NCBI RefSeq assembly: GCF_001194135.2
Contig: NC_068987.1
Span: forward strand, 61,350,956-61,407,536
Reading direction: 5' to 3'
Length of the DNA stretch: 56,581 nucleotides
Origin: Octopus bimaculoides
Lineage: Eukaryota
The translations under genes and the position numbers were made by a program. The notes beneath the pieces were generated by a model. It saw nothing but the letters and a program-made list of their open reading frames with translations, was not told the origin of the DNA and made no database searches. Position 1 is the stretch's first letter. Each line of letters begins with the position of its first letter. This document shows, piece after piece, positions 1 to 11,992 of this stretch.

Positions 1-196
1 GCGGGTGACACGTAAAAGCACCCACTACACTCTCTGAGTGGTTGGCGTTAGGAAGGGCATCCAGCTGTAGAAACTCTGCCAAATTAGACTGGAGCCTGGT
101 GTTGCCATCCGGTTTCACCAGTCCTCAGTCAAATCGTCCAACCCATGCTAGCATGGAAAGCGGACGTTAAACGATGATGATGATGATGATGATGAT
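1..196 (+). mobile_element. RTE-LINE 3' end or RTE-dependent SINE (family A), cut by the window edge
   Basis: ggttggcgttaggaagggcatccagctgtagaaac...ccatgctagcatggaaagcggacgttaaac followed by a (GAT)n tail; more than 10 homologues in the window. Confidence 0.8.
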
Positions 197-204
197 ATAT
201 AAGT

Positions 205-360
205 TCAAAAAAACACAAAAAACAATAACAAAAAAACAACAAAGTGAGGACGTGATACGGATAGTGTTATTGGACGCTCGGGAAAGGAAAGAGAGAGTGT
301 ATGACGTTTCGGGCGTAGCCCTTCGTCGGTAAGATGGAAAGTTCAGAGAATGGAAAAACG
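205..360 (-). mobile_element. Penelope-like pLTR fragment
   Basis: Contains tgacgtttcgggcgtagcccttcgtcgg (hammerhead-like on minus) and shares acgctcgggaa context with 44770-44830. Confidence 0.5.
303..329 (-). ncRNA. Degenerate minimal hammerhead-like motif
   Basis: Minus: CCGACGA-A-GGGC-uac-GCCC-GAAA-CGUC. Stem II is perfect; core has U4>C; stem I is not formed. Confidence 0.45.
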
Positions 361-369
361 ATATATACA

Positions 370-610
370 TGTATGTATGTACGTGTGTATATGTTTGTAT
401 ATCTGTGTTTGTCCCCGTAACTTAGCGGTTCGGCAAAAGAGACCGATAGAATAAGTACTAGGCTTACAAAGAATACGTCCTAGGGTCGATTTGCTCGACT
501 AAAGGCGNNNNNNNNNNGAATACGTCCTAGGGTCGATTTGCTCGACTAAAGGCGGTGCTCCAGCATGGCCACAGTCAAATGACTGAAACAAGTAAAAGAG
601 TAAAAGAGTA
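370..610 (+). mobile_element. SINE family B, 3' half
   Basis: gtccccgtaacttagcggttcggcaaaagagaccgatagaataagtact...tgactgaaacaagtaaaagag; contains a 10-N gap with duplicated flanks. Confidence 0.85.
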
Positions 611-939
611 TGTATACATATATGTGTAGCCACATCCATATACACCAACATGAAAACAGTAGATTTCACAATTTTTTGACTGAGAATAAAAAAGTGTAAG
701 TTTCTTCTCAACCTAAGGGTTTTTAAAATGTCAATGCTTAGAGAGTGGAAGATAATTCTCCCTGGTTGGGTAACATTCTTAGATTCCTGGATAGCTTTGA
801 TAAAATGTTCTACTCAGAAACAGAGAAATGCCAACTGCAGATTTAAATACACATGTCATGAGCAGGTCATCCAACCAGTGTTAGTTTATGTACATCCCTG
901 TAAATGGTTGAGGAAAGGGACTGCAAGAATAAGTATCTG

Positions 940-1035
940 ACTTAAAATTAGGTATTGAGATCAATTTGTTTGACTAAACACTTCAAGGCGGTGCCCCAAC
1001 ATGACCACAGTCCAATGACTGAAACAAAAAAAAAA
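940..1035 (+). mobile_element. SINE family B, 3' end, lying next to the FAM135 donor
   Basis: tttgactaaa...ggcggtgccccaacatgaccacagtccaatgactgaaacaa. Confidence 0.8.
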
Positions 1036-1047
1036 AGACAAAAGACA

Positions 1048-1195
<148 letters not shown>

Positions 1196-1831
1196 TTAAA
1201 TAAATACACAACAAAAAGCTACAAACACACAACATTTACAATTAATATCAATTACATAGAAGATGCATAATTGCAGAGGGCAAGTTTGAACAGCGACACT
1301 AGAGATTTAATACTGAAAGTGAAAGTGACTATTAACTCTTGAACTTGAACCCATTACTGTCTTTATAATCTGAAATCTACAGAAAAGGTATCGGAGCCAG
1401 ACACATTGATGAAAATTATACAAGGCCCCAAAATATTGCTAAGAATTAAGAAAGGAAAAATCTAGAGAAACCCTCTGTAATCCATTAGAGCACTGTGTAT
1501 TCCACAGTCATGAGATGATGACCTGTAAAAGATATCTAAAAATATATTTCCTTAAAAATTCAGAGAATGGCAGCTCCCCAGAGCAAACAAAAAGATTAAA
1601 AGAAATTCACTAGAATTTGATAACCACTCACAAAACTCTCATAAGAAATGTTTTATACTATTATATTCATTGGTAAGATCTTTATAACAAGATATTATGG
1701 CTAATGGCAAAGCAAATGACGGTATTTCTGTAACATATGGGTGGGTCACTTGAATACAAAGATTATGCTTGTGATTATATTAGAATGTAGCATATCAAGC
1801 CACTATAAGTTTTTGTGTTAGAATGATTTAA

Positions 1832-2043
1832 CTCATTAGCATTTAAACAGCCCAAATATTCAACCTAATTTCTGTTCAAATCAGCTAGATCTGGCCTCTC
1901 ACACCTACCTACAACATCATTCTAAAAATAAACAATCACATCATCAAAATTTCAATGCATTATTGATTCAATGCATTATTAATTCAAAACAATGTGAATA
2001 AATAAGCATTACATTTGACAATGTAAACTGAATGATAAAAGGT
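1832..2043. mobile_element. piggyBac-type MITE, reverse orientation relative to 2342-2562
   Basis: TTAA at 1828-31 and 2044-47; degenerate CCCTTTAGCATT/AATGCTAAAGGG termini; body is the reverse complement of the 2342 copy. Confidence 0.7.
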
Positions 2044-2341
2044 TTAAAAGTTAAACAATGAAGTTTACATTCAGAATGAATGAGCTACTGAATGAATGCA
2101 TAGGCAGAAAGGAAAACTTTCTCTTTATTTTCTCATCAGTAAAAAAGAACAAACCACAATGTTGTTACTCCCGGTTCTGATTTGTTCTCACAAAGCATAA
2201 ATTTGCTCTGGTCTTCACAGACCTTCAGATAATTTGAAAGTATATTTGTCTGGATTGTGAGATTGAGTTCCAGACGTACTACAGTAAAATACTGATTCCA
2301 AGATTGAAAACTTCTGTGAAAGCTAATCAAAATCACATTAA

Positions 2342-2562
2342 CCCTTTAGTAGTCAGGTTACTCTGTCAAATATAATGCTTATTTATTAATACTGTTTTGA
2401 ATTAAATGTGCATTATCTCACAGCTTTGAGATCTCAACAACACTATTGTTTATTTTTAGAATGACATTGTAGGGTATGCGTGAGAGGTTGGATCTGGCTA
2501 GTTTGAACATAAAACAGGCAGAATAATATGGGTCAGATATGGCTAGTTTCAATGCTAAAGTG
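2342..2562. mobile_element. piggyBac-type MITE
   Basis: TTAA|CCCTTTAGT...AATGCTAAAGTG|TTAA; a TTAA target and CCC/GGG ends are piggyBac hallmarks. Confidence 0.75.
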
Positions 2563-3796
2563 TTAAAAGATATTTTTATTCAATTCTCTCCTTCCATACT
2601 ATTATTGTGATTTATATTAGGACACACACACATTATTTTGAAACTTATTAACTTTTAATTGTGTAGCTTGTGTTTATGCTCAACCCTGTAATTTCAGAAC
2701 CTTCACTGAAGTATAAAGATCATCTTTCACAAAGTCCTATCAAAACCAAAATTGTGAAATTCTCAATGTTCATGTCCTGTGTTTTGCTATACATTTCCTG
2801 CAGACAGATGTGCAATCTGATACAATTTAGTGTAATACATGTAGAACAAAATATTCTTTGTATTTGGTAGTGTAAGTGAAAACAAGTTATTTCAGTCTTT
2901 ACCAAGTCAAAGATTTAATCTTACATTTTCAATTTTTAACAAAAGCCAAAAGAGCTATGTAAATTTCCATGTAAAACATTAATCGACGGACAATTTCTCC
3001 TTTCTAAAAATCAAGTAATAAAATTACATGAAAAGGAACAAGAAATTGTGTTTATAAAAATCTAAACTCTTTTCTTAATGTAATACTTCATGAAAGAAAA
3101 GATTAAATCAAATTTAAAAGACAAAATAACATCTATTTTCCACATTGGTATGGGTTAGGTAGAATGATGATAACATCAAATTACATGTGATGTACAAATG
3201 AAACAGTTCCACACCAAAACAAGGTTAGCTATATACATGAAATATAAACAAAGATTTTTAAACACTTTTTCCAGTGTGCTCATACAACGTTGAGGTTTAA
3301 TTTAAGTTAAACAAGCATAAGGAATTATAACTAAAGAAAAATTGCCAATCAAAACTGAGATAAGGTGGCATCAGCAAGAGAATGGCTTCTGATATTACAG
3401 AAATGGTTCTGATGTATGGAGCTATAATGATCGGTAAAATGAAGACATTACACAGAATGGAGATAAAATATAGACATTGTGTGAATTTGGTCACATAGGA
3501 AACTTAATTATATCATTTGACAAAAAAATTGTTTTAGAATAACAATAACACTGTTCGTCTTTCACAGAACTTACAAAAGTAATAAGAATATTGACAACAA
3601 CCCAAACTGCGTTAGTCATAAGCTGATGGATGGATTTCATAATGCATTGGGACTGGTTTTATACTGTTTCAGACAGTTTCATAGAAACCATTTATCACCA
3701 AGCTGTACCGATAGTAGGATCACAATAAGCTATGGTAAACTAACAAAGTACATGTGAATTATACTGTATCTGCACGCTTATGTGCATGTGTGTGCT

Positions 3797-3949
3797 GGGC
3801 TTCTTTCAGTTTCCATTTACCAAGTCCACTCACAAGGCTTAGGTCAGCCATGGGCAATAGTAGAAGGCACTTACCCAAGGTACCATGCAGTGGAATTGAA
3901 CCTAGAATTGCGATTGGGAAGCAAGCTTCTTACCACACAGCCATGCCTG
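3797..3949 (-). mobile_element. SINE family B, 5' half (tRNA-like head, CORE-like ccttgggcaagt segment)
   Basis: Reverse complement of caggcatggctgtgtggtaagaagcttgcttccc...; Pol III A and B box-like motifs. Confidence 0.85.
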
Positions 3950-4506
3950 TACCTTATGGTAGCAAACTTTACCTACAAAAGGGATCTGCTAACAACTGAA
4001 CTGGGTTATTTGTGACCTATTACTAGTAATGAAAAAACCACAAGCCAGTGACACAATTCTTTTTTATCTACCAACATATCTGCTGACACCCTTACAGAAT
4101 CAACCAGTTGCCCTTTTATTTGTTACACATACTGAGAAAAGGGTACAGCAACTGTCTAATGACAATAAATATCAACAAGATGATAGAAGATAAGGAGAAA
4201 ATTTAAACTTACATGGAATAACTGTGATGGAGTAGCTAGAACACAAGTGGATATAATGCTTTAATTGTTGATACATTACACTTTGAAAACAATACATAGC
4301 AAAGCCTGGAGAGAAATTACAATAAGTACTGCTATAGTAATTTACTGTATTTGTCATGCTGTTTTTAAGAAAGACAGAACTGAAGAAATTGAAGCGATGC
4401 TGGAGCAGAGGCAGGGATATGTGTTCTAATGTACAAGAGGCCCTCACTTCACTGCCCCTTTTTTCCATCATATTCCCAATTTACCATTATTCCCACTTTC
4501 ATCACC

Positions 4507-4507
<1 letters not shown>

Positions 4508-4539
<32 letters not shown>

Positions 4540-4575
4540 ATTCATTCTTACCTTCTCTGCTTTGCTTGCTTGCTT

Positions 4576-4623
<48 letters not shown>
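4508..4623. repeat. Interrupted (CT)n microsatellite
   Basis: Visible directly. Confidence 0.95.
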
Positions 4624-4625
<2 letters not shown>

Positions 4626-5956
4626 ACCCTCTCTTTCTTGTTACTCTATCCTTTAACACACTCTCACTCTTATCACTCTGGTTCTCTTCTACCATGCCCC
4701 CACTCTTCTTCTACAACACCTACATGATCTGAGATAACAACACATGATTGAATACATTAGTGTCATTTTCTAAACTGTGTGGGAAAGAAAGGGACAAATG
4801 AATGGAGACAACACAAGGAAGATGGACTTTTTTAGTCTTATCATGGATCAAGGAATCTCTCTGGTGCCAGTGGAACAATCAAGGACAACATAGAACTGAG
4901 ATGATTCTTCAGTTTTGCCAACAGAGGGACATCTCTCTAGCATACTACATCACAGTAAAACATATCCAATATACTCAGTAAAATATTTGATCTTAGGAGG
5001 GGCATCCAACTAGGGAATCCATGCTAAACATGGAATATACATGTGACCCCATATGAGGGCATCAAGTCTGAATAAGAATTGACTTGGACCATGACAACCC
5101 ATCCATCCCATCACAACATGGGAAAATATGCTAAAATAATGGTAATGATGATTATGATGATGACGATGACCATAGCAGTAATGATGGTAACAATATCACA
5201 TACAAAGTTTTTTTTCTAATTTATTCTCAATTAACCCAGATCAAGAGTCAAATTAATTAAATCCATTTTTCATTTCGTTATGCTTTGACAAGGAAATTCT
5301 TCACAACGAACCATCGTTTTACCTGCTTTAAAAATGCACAAATGTAAATCAATAAACACCCACTAGATTTAGGGATCTAAAATCTATAAGCATTTTTTTG
5401 TGTATTTTTAAATGTCTTTACAAGGAAAAAAATAAACAATTAGTGATATAGCTACCTATCAACATGATTTCTTGTTTTTTTAACATTTTAACTATGAGAT
5501 CATACTTCAAAAATAAGTATTACACATGCTATACATACATTAGTAATCTTTTGAAATCCATTTACAAACTAGTTTAAAGAACAATAAATAAGACTGCAAG
5601 GTCGAGGTATTCAGCAAACAGGAAAAACAAATGAGAAAAGAGCTTGTCAGAAGACAACAAAGCAGCAGCAATATACATTAGCAAAACATGGCTTCAATGA
5701 ACCATTTATTTTTAAATCACTTTGCATTTCAAAGAGATGGAAATGAATATAATTATGTAAAAATTGCGATGAACTTGAATTGTCATCAACTACAATGACA
5801 TTAACATATTTTACTGAGTACACACACCACATACTGCTGAGCACAATTGTTTAAGATACAATAAGGTATTTAAAAAAAAAAATTCATGTAGTTTGAATGC
5901 CTATGTTATTTAAAAGAGAATCCATAAATGCAAAATAATGTTAATTAGTATACTAA

Positions 5957-6120
5957 TGGCATGGCTGGGTGGAACAGATGTTCACTTCCTAACCGTTTGA
6001 TTTCAGGTTCAGTCCCCCATTATGGTACCTTTGGCCAAGTGTGTTTTCCTATAGCCCCAGCCCAGGCTGATAAAAGCCTTGAGAATGGATTCTAGCAAAT
6101 GTAAACCAAAAGAAGCGCAT

Positions 6121-6157
<37 letters not shown>

Positions 6158-6360
6158 CTCTGTGTGTGTGTGTGCCTCTGTGTGTGTGTGTGCCTCTGTG
6201 TGTGTGCCTCTGTGTGTGTGTGTGCCTCTGTGTGTGTGCCTCTGTGTGTGTGCCTCTGTGTGTGTGCCTCTGTGTGTGTGCCTCTGTCTGTGTGTGTGTG
6301 TGCCTCTCTGTGTGTGTCTGTGTGTGTGTGTGAGTGTGTGTGTGTCTGTGTGTACTTCCA
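5957..6360 (+). mobile_element. Old family B SINE with expanded internal (TG)n-CCTC compound repeat (6122-6350)
   Basis: ggcatggctgggtgg...ggttcagtccc...ggtacctttggccaagtgt, then repeated tgtgtgcctc units. Confidence 0.7.
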
Positions 6361-6759
6361 CTTCGTCAGTCAGGAGTCGAACACAGATCAACTGCTTGAG
6401 TGATGATGATATACACAGATATTTACATATAAAGGTCATGCCTTTGCAATGCATTTTTAGTGAAACTGCCATCAAAAAGAGTCACCAAGTGAAAATGGGT
6501 AAATCTTTTTGAGATACTCAAAGGGGTGGATACAGTAGCCAATGGGTACAAGTGGGCTAGTCTATTTTAGATGCTCAAAGGGGATACTGTAGTCACCAGG
6601 TGCAGACAGGTAATTCTATTTTAGATACTGTAACAATTGATAAGGCATAATAAAGTATTCTTGTATCTTCTGTTTATTCATTTCTATTTACTGTATGTTT
6701 CCATCCAATTTCACAATAAATATTTTGGTTTTGGCTTGTTAGCTTAAAAATTAGCATCA

Positions 6760-7270
6760 ACATCATCATTTAATATCTTTGTCACATGACGGCATGAGTT
6801 GGACAGTTTGATTTGAACTAACAGAACCAAGGACTGCATTATGCTCAATTGTCTGCTTTGGCATGGTTTCTAAAGCTGGATGCCCTTCCTAACACCAATC
6901 ACTTCACAGTGTTTTTTTCATATATCCCTAAGAAGGTTGTCATGCAACTTCCTTGCAAGACTATAAACCCCCTGAGAGAAGTAGCTTTGTGCTAGGAGAT
7001 GAGGGATCAATGTATGAGGAAAAGGGCTGAAGCAAAAAAGGCTTCTTACTGTAGAGGGGTCACATGGCTACTTATGTTTTTGAAGAAAGGAGATGGTTGG
7101 AGTGGAGTGAGGAAGAGATAAAAATAGTGGTGATTAGGAGTCTGTGTAGACCCTCAAAGAACAAGATGAGGAAAAATGAATGGGAGTAGAACTGACAGTG
7201 TGGATGGGTGGAGGCTGCAAGAATGAGAGAGGAAGAGATGAGACAGTGAATATAATGAGATAATGGTAAT
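6760..7270 (-). mobile_element. Family A 3' end with long purine-rich extension (homologous to 35712-36220)
   Basis: (ATC)n tail, gctggatgcccttcctaacaccaa, then ttgcaagac..aaacccc, gctttgtgctagg.gatga and tgtagagg...acatggc blocks shared with the other copy. Confidence 0.7.
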
Positions 7271-7821
7271 TTTTTTTTTTTTGTTTTTAAACCATGAAAT
7301 GATGGTAATTATTTTTTAAACATGAAGCTTATGATTTTCTTTTATTTGCTTGATTTTTATTTTTTATACAATAATATAAATGCCGATATCTTTCCTGTTA
7401 AGAATGAATAAAAGGTTTTACGTCTAGCTTTTAATGTCTTTGGATTTCTTTTTTTTTCTTTTTTTTTTTTTTTGCAAGAAATTTTCTTTTCTAACTAAGA
7501 GTGCATGTTATATTTTCTTGGACATTATATGCCATAAAATATGGTAGTTGCCTTCAGAAAGGTCAACCAATTATAAAACATTTTCTCCAACAACACACAT
7601 GCACACACACAATTATTGAATTTTGTAGCACAGATTTGCAAGATGCAGATATGCAGGTATAGTTGTACTGGTAAAGAAATTTACTTATCAACCACATGAT
7701 TTTAGATTTTCCCTCAACAATTGTCTTCTACTATATCTCCAGGCCAACCAAAGCCTTATGAGTAGATTTCATAGAAAGTAATTGAAAGAAACCAGCATAT
7801 ATATATACATATATATATATA

Positions 7822-8075
7822 TATCATCATCATCATTTAATGTCCATTGTCCATGCTGGCATGGGTTGGACGGTTTGACCTGAGCTGGCAAACTGGAAAG
7901 CTGCACCAGACTCCAGTCTGGTTTGGCATGTTTTCTATGGCTGGATGGCCTTCCTAACACCAAACACTTTTCAGTGTGTGCTGGGTGCTTTCATGTGGCA
8001 CTGCATGGCTGCTTTTATGTGGCACTGCACAGGCGTTTTTACGTGACACTGCCATGAGTGCTTTTAATGTGGCAT
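7822..8075 (-). mobile_element. Family A (RTE 3' end) with tandem tgtggcactgca units
   Basis: (ATC)n tail and ggctggatggccttcctaacacc. Confidence 0.8.
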
Positions 8076-8159
8076 ATATGTATGTCTATATATATATATA
8101 TATCATCGTTCTTACATTATTTACATTTGACAGATACCTGTCCTCATCTTGTTTGTTGT

Positions 8160-8505
8160 TACCTGGTGGTAAAGAAGATGATGACACATGTTATTGAAGC
8201 CATCATTCTCTCTGGATGTGGAAAAGGAGAGGATGTTTCCATACCCAGGATTCCTCTCATCCCATCAAGAGCTGAAATTTCCTTTTTCATTCAGAAGAGT
8301 GCAATTTCCTATTCATATCAGCTTCGCAATGTCTATCAATAAATCCACAGGGTCAAACACTGCCTGTGGTAGGACTCCACTTGGAAGAGCCATGCTTCTC
8401 ACACGGGCAATTATATGTTGGCTGCTCTAGAATGGGAAGCAAAAAAATTTATTTGCATTTGTTTCACAAGGAAAAACAAAGAATATTGTTTACCAAGAGG
8501 TTTTG
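8160..8505 (+). pseudogene. Helitron RepHel PIF1-like helicase C-terminus, frameshifted
   Basis: Stitched frames give LVVKKMMTHVIEAIILSGCGKGEDVSIPRIPLIPS / FPFSFRRVQFPIHISFAMSINKS / GQTLPVVGLHLEEPCFSHGQLYVGCSR / KTKNIVYQEVL, matching Helitron motifs IPRI..P, QFP...FA.TINKSQGQ, FSHGQLYVA.SR and TKNIVY. Confidence 0.9.
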
Positions 8506-8517
8506 TGGGAATTACTA

Positions 8518-8630
8518 CATCCTACGATGCACTCTAGTATCCACTTCTCTTTGTGAATGGTGAAGATGGATACCATTTCGGCATAATACCAACAAACCTG
8601 AAGACTGCATCTACAAAGCAGTTTCCTGGA
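8518..8630 (+). pseudogene. Helitron Rep-side fragment SYDAL*YPLLFVNGEDGYHFGI
   Basis: Matches the YDALQYPLLF..GEDG(Y/W)H motif found N-terminal of the Rep nuclease in RepHel proteins (Q>stop here). Confidence 0.7.
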
Positions 8631-9160
8631 TAGACTTCAGTGTGGAAGTATATTCTCCGATTACTCCCACCAACCACACAGTAAGCCGTTATGCCTTATT
8701 TTTTCAAATAATTCTACATATTCCATTGTGACTGCATAGGTTCAGCTTATGTCTCTTATTCTACAGCCACACCAGCAATCCAATGTCAATCCTTTGCCTT
8801 CTGCAACATTTCAACAGATCACTTCCCCATTGCCATCTCCTATTGCAGCCCCTTTCCGGAATGTACCCATTTACGTACAATATCTCCATTATACCTACAT
8901 TCATTCGACTGTCAACCATACGATGAGTCATGTTAGACACAGTGGCAACAGCCACATAGGAGAGTACATCTACTGACAGCTTTTCAGCGCATTCAAAAAT
9001 CACACACCTCCAATTGTCTATGACAGGTTAGGACCTGGAATCCTCCAAATGGATGCATGACATGAGTCGCTTAGTTGAATTAGCCCATCATCTATTCCCA
9101 CAAATGTTTTGTCGTCAATGCTGCACTTTCCCATATCACATGTTTCAACATAGCTGTGTG

Positions 9161-9194
<34 letters not shown>

Positions 9195-9210
9195 AACTAA
9201 GTCATTTTAA

Positions 9211-9239
9211 TCCTGAGCAATGCTGGTTATCTCTGCTAG
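9211..9239 (+). mobile_element. Helitron 3' terminus (degenerate hairpin plus CTAG, followed by T)
   Basis: tcctgagcaatgctggttatctctgCTAG|t resembles a CpG-decayed cccgggcaacgccggg hairpin about 10 nt before CTAG. Confidence 0.6.
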
Positions 9240-9444
9240 TTTATTAATAAATCTTCCCACTGAAAGCAATATAGATTGAAAGAAAGTTCCATCTAAGTAA
9301 CAATTGAAAGAAACAGAGCTTTGTTTTAAAAGTAGAAAAAACCAAAGATGAGATATGATGTGGAAAGTTTTTTCTTTTTTTAATATTATTTTCTCTCTCT
9401 CTCTCTCTCATACACACATACACACACACATATTCCTTTATGCC

Positions 9445-9826
9445 TTTACTTGTTTCAGTTTACTGTGGCCATGCTGGGGCACTACCTTAAAGGGTTTTAG
9501 TCAAAGAAATCGACTCCAGGATTTATGCTTCGTAAGCCTACTACTTATTCTATCGGTCTCTTTTGCCAAACCACTAAGTTGAGACATAAACACACTTGCA
9601 TCGGTTTTCAAATGATGGTGGGGAGACAAATACAGTCACACACACATAAATATATACATATATATATGACAGGCTTCTTTCAGTTTCCATCTACCGAATC
9701 CACTTACAAGGCTTTTGTCAGCTCAAGGTTATAGTAGAAGACACTTGCCCAAGGTGCCATGCAGTGGGACTGAACCCATGACCATGTGGTTGGGAAGCAA
9801 GCTTCTAAGCACACAGCCATGCCTGC
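9445..9826 (-). mobile_element. SINE family B, full length
   Basis: Head, CORE-like segment, internal CA/TA repeat and tttacttgtttcag tail are all present. Confidence 0.88.
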
Positions 9827-9833
9827 ACATGCA

Positions 9834-9883
<50 letters not shown>

Positions 9884-10512
9884 TATATAAATGAAAATAT
9901 CAATATAGCTTCTAAATGTAAATTATAGCTCAAATACTTCAAGAAATGAAATCTGAGATCTAATTACTAAAACTGAAAAAGAGGAAAATAAAAGAAAATC
10001 ATGTTTAGTAATGAAGAATTAGAAATAGCAGGTAAATGTAAATGACACTAGTTGACATATGCTATTAAGAGGACAAGTCAAGCTGTAACAAACTAAAACA
10101 TGAAAATTAGTGAGAAAATACTGCCACTCTCATTGTTGTCCTCTTCCTCCGCACACTACCACTACCAAGCCAACAAAGAAACCTGTGCCTGATTGTCTGA
10201 CCTACAGGAAATAACAGCTAAATCTCCCTCAAAATACATTTATTTAAAGAAAAAGAAAGGTATTTTGGAGAATAACGTCCTAGGCACACAAAAAGAGATG
10301 GTCATGACTAAAATGCTTTTGATTTATTGGTCAACTCAGTCAAGGCTGAAACAGGCTAAACATTATAGCTGTCATAATTGCACTCCTCATTACCACCAGT
10401 GAACAGAGTCCATGAGTTGGCTTTGTTTGCAATCAGAAGATTGTTAAACGGTCCACAGAAAGACGCCAACAACACAACTTACCATTTCCTATCATCTAAA
10501 AACTATGCATTA

Positions 10513-10660
10513 CTATCATCATCATCATCATGATTTTAATATCCAGTTTTCCATGCTTGCAAGGATCAGATGAAATACACTGAAACAGATTTTCTATAGC
10601 CCGATGTCCTTCCTGTCACCAACCCTCACCCCTTTCCAAGCAAGGTAATAAATCCCCTAG
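10513..10660 (-). mobile_element. Short family-A-related repeat (A2)
   Basis: (ATC)n, ttttccatgcttgc, gatgtccttcctgtcaccaaccctcac...ccaagcaaggtaat; similar copies near 13935, 29750, 32525 and 38470. Confidence 0.65.
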
Positions 10661-10886
10661 TCTACCAAACAACAAACAGGTCAAACATAATTACAAGCCT
10701 TTTCATTTACAAAGATCACAGAATATGTCAACAAATGTCACGAAACCCAGATTTGCTTTCATGGTTGACTGCAAGTATACAACACCATCTATATGTCTAA
10801 TACTACTCTGTACTAGCTTATTCTTAAAATAATTACAGTATCATCATATGATGAAAGAAGACCTGTAGTAGAGTCATGGTGTAGTT

Positions 10887-10920
<34 letters not shown>

Positions 10921-11057
10921 AGAATAAGGGCAGGGAATCATCAATTAATAATAGAATTAATAATTAACAATTATTATGATTATANNNNNNNNNNNNNNNN
11001 NNNNNNNNNNNNNNNNNNNNNNNNNNNNNNNNNNNNNNNNNNNNNNNNNNNNNNNNN

Positions 11058-11094
<37 letters not shown>

Positions 11095-11109
11095 TATATA
11101 TATAACAAG

Positions 11110-11410
11110 AGCACATGGACTAGTGGTTAGGGTGTTGCACTCATGAGTGTGAGATCATGGTTTCAGTTCCTGGTGGACCAGATGATGTGTTGCATTCTTG
11201 ATCAAAGCACCTCATCTCACATAGATCTGTGATCACTTTGACACATGATGTATCATACACCATGAACCTGTTCAGGTAATGGTGATTTGATGGAGGGAGA
11301 GCACTAATGTACAGCACATACATTTAATCACTATAAACAAATCATTTGTGCAGGTCATTTGGCACAAACTGAACACTTATACGTTATCTTCAACAAGAAA
11401 GTCCATCATT
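11110..11410 (+). mobile_element. tRNA-derived SINE, separate family (E)
   Basis: Head gcacatggactagtggttagggtgttgcactcatga...ggtttcagttcc with A and B box-like motifs. Confidence 0.6.
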
Positions 11411-11462
11411 ATTATGCAGAAATTGCAGAATCGTCTTTTTTGGACTATGAAAGACTACCATC

Positions 11463-11504
<42 letters not shown>

Positions 11505-11631
11505 AGACAGACAGACAGACAGACAGATAATTGAGAAAATTAGAATCAACAAGAAGAGGTTTGTAATCACTACAATTGTTTCCACGTAATGTAGTTTTCC
11601 AGGCGTGCAGATATTTGATTAACTGTTTGCT

Positions 11632-11992
11632 TGCATTATGAGATCAGGCGATATGTAAATATTGTCTTCGTAAGTTTAAAATCCTCAGCTTTAAGAACAT
11701 CCTCTCTGTCTGTCATGGCCTGAATTTAGTAGTAGTCACTGGACTTATCAGGGTCTGTTGTTGCTGTTTAGTAATAGTCACTGAGCTTATCAGAGTGTGT
11801 TGTTGCTGAAGGATTGTTGGCAAAGCAGTTTGCCAATGGCCCCTCAGCAATAACACACCCTAATAAGCTGTGACTACTACTAAATTCAGGCCATGACAAA
11901 CTGAGAGGATCTTCTTGAAGCCGAAGATTTTAAACTTAAGGAGATAATATTTACATATCGCCTGAGGAAACACAACTAGATCTCATAATGCA
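11632..11992. repeat. Long imperfect palindrome (fold-back element)
   Basis: tgcattatgagatc...aggcgatatgtaaatatt...gtcatggcctgaatttagtagtagtca is mirrored by tgactactactaaattcaggccatgac...aatatttacatatcgcct...gatctcataatgca; centre ttggcaaagcagtttgccaa. Confidence 0.9.

Noticed and set aside
470-553. Exact ~37-bp direct repeat on either side of a 10-N gap
   Set aside because: Typical unmerged contig overlap; an assembly artefact rather than a biological duplication.
1260-1760. Possible decayed Penelope GIY-YIG coding trace (IAEGKFEQRH*RFN)
   Set aside because: Single weak motif with many stops; needs tBLASTx or an HMM to support.
6122-6350. Regularly spaced cctc units resembling a repeat-spacer array
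   Set aside because: Spacers are pure (TG)n in a eukaryotic SINE interior; not CRISPR.
4356-6512. ORFs with SLSLSL, ERERER, CVCVCV or THTHTH runs (also 28308-28663, 32554-32896, 40793-41058)
   Set aside because: Translations of microsatellites.
10478-10500. Minus ttttag|ATGATAGGAAATG|gtaagt 13-nt micro-exon pattern
   Set aside because: Strong donor but almost no polypyrimidine tract, next to a SINE tail and probably within a repeat.
11690-11970. CTGAGGA...GAA in the 11.6-kb palindrome as another hammerhead
   Set aside because: Could not form stem II or a GAAA/stem III junction.
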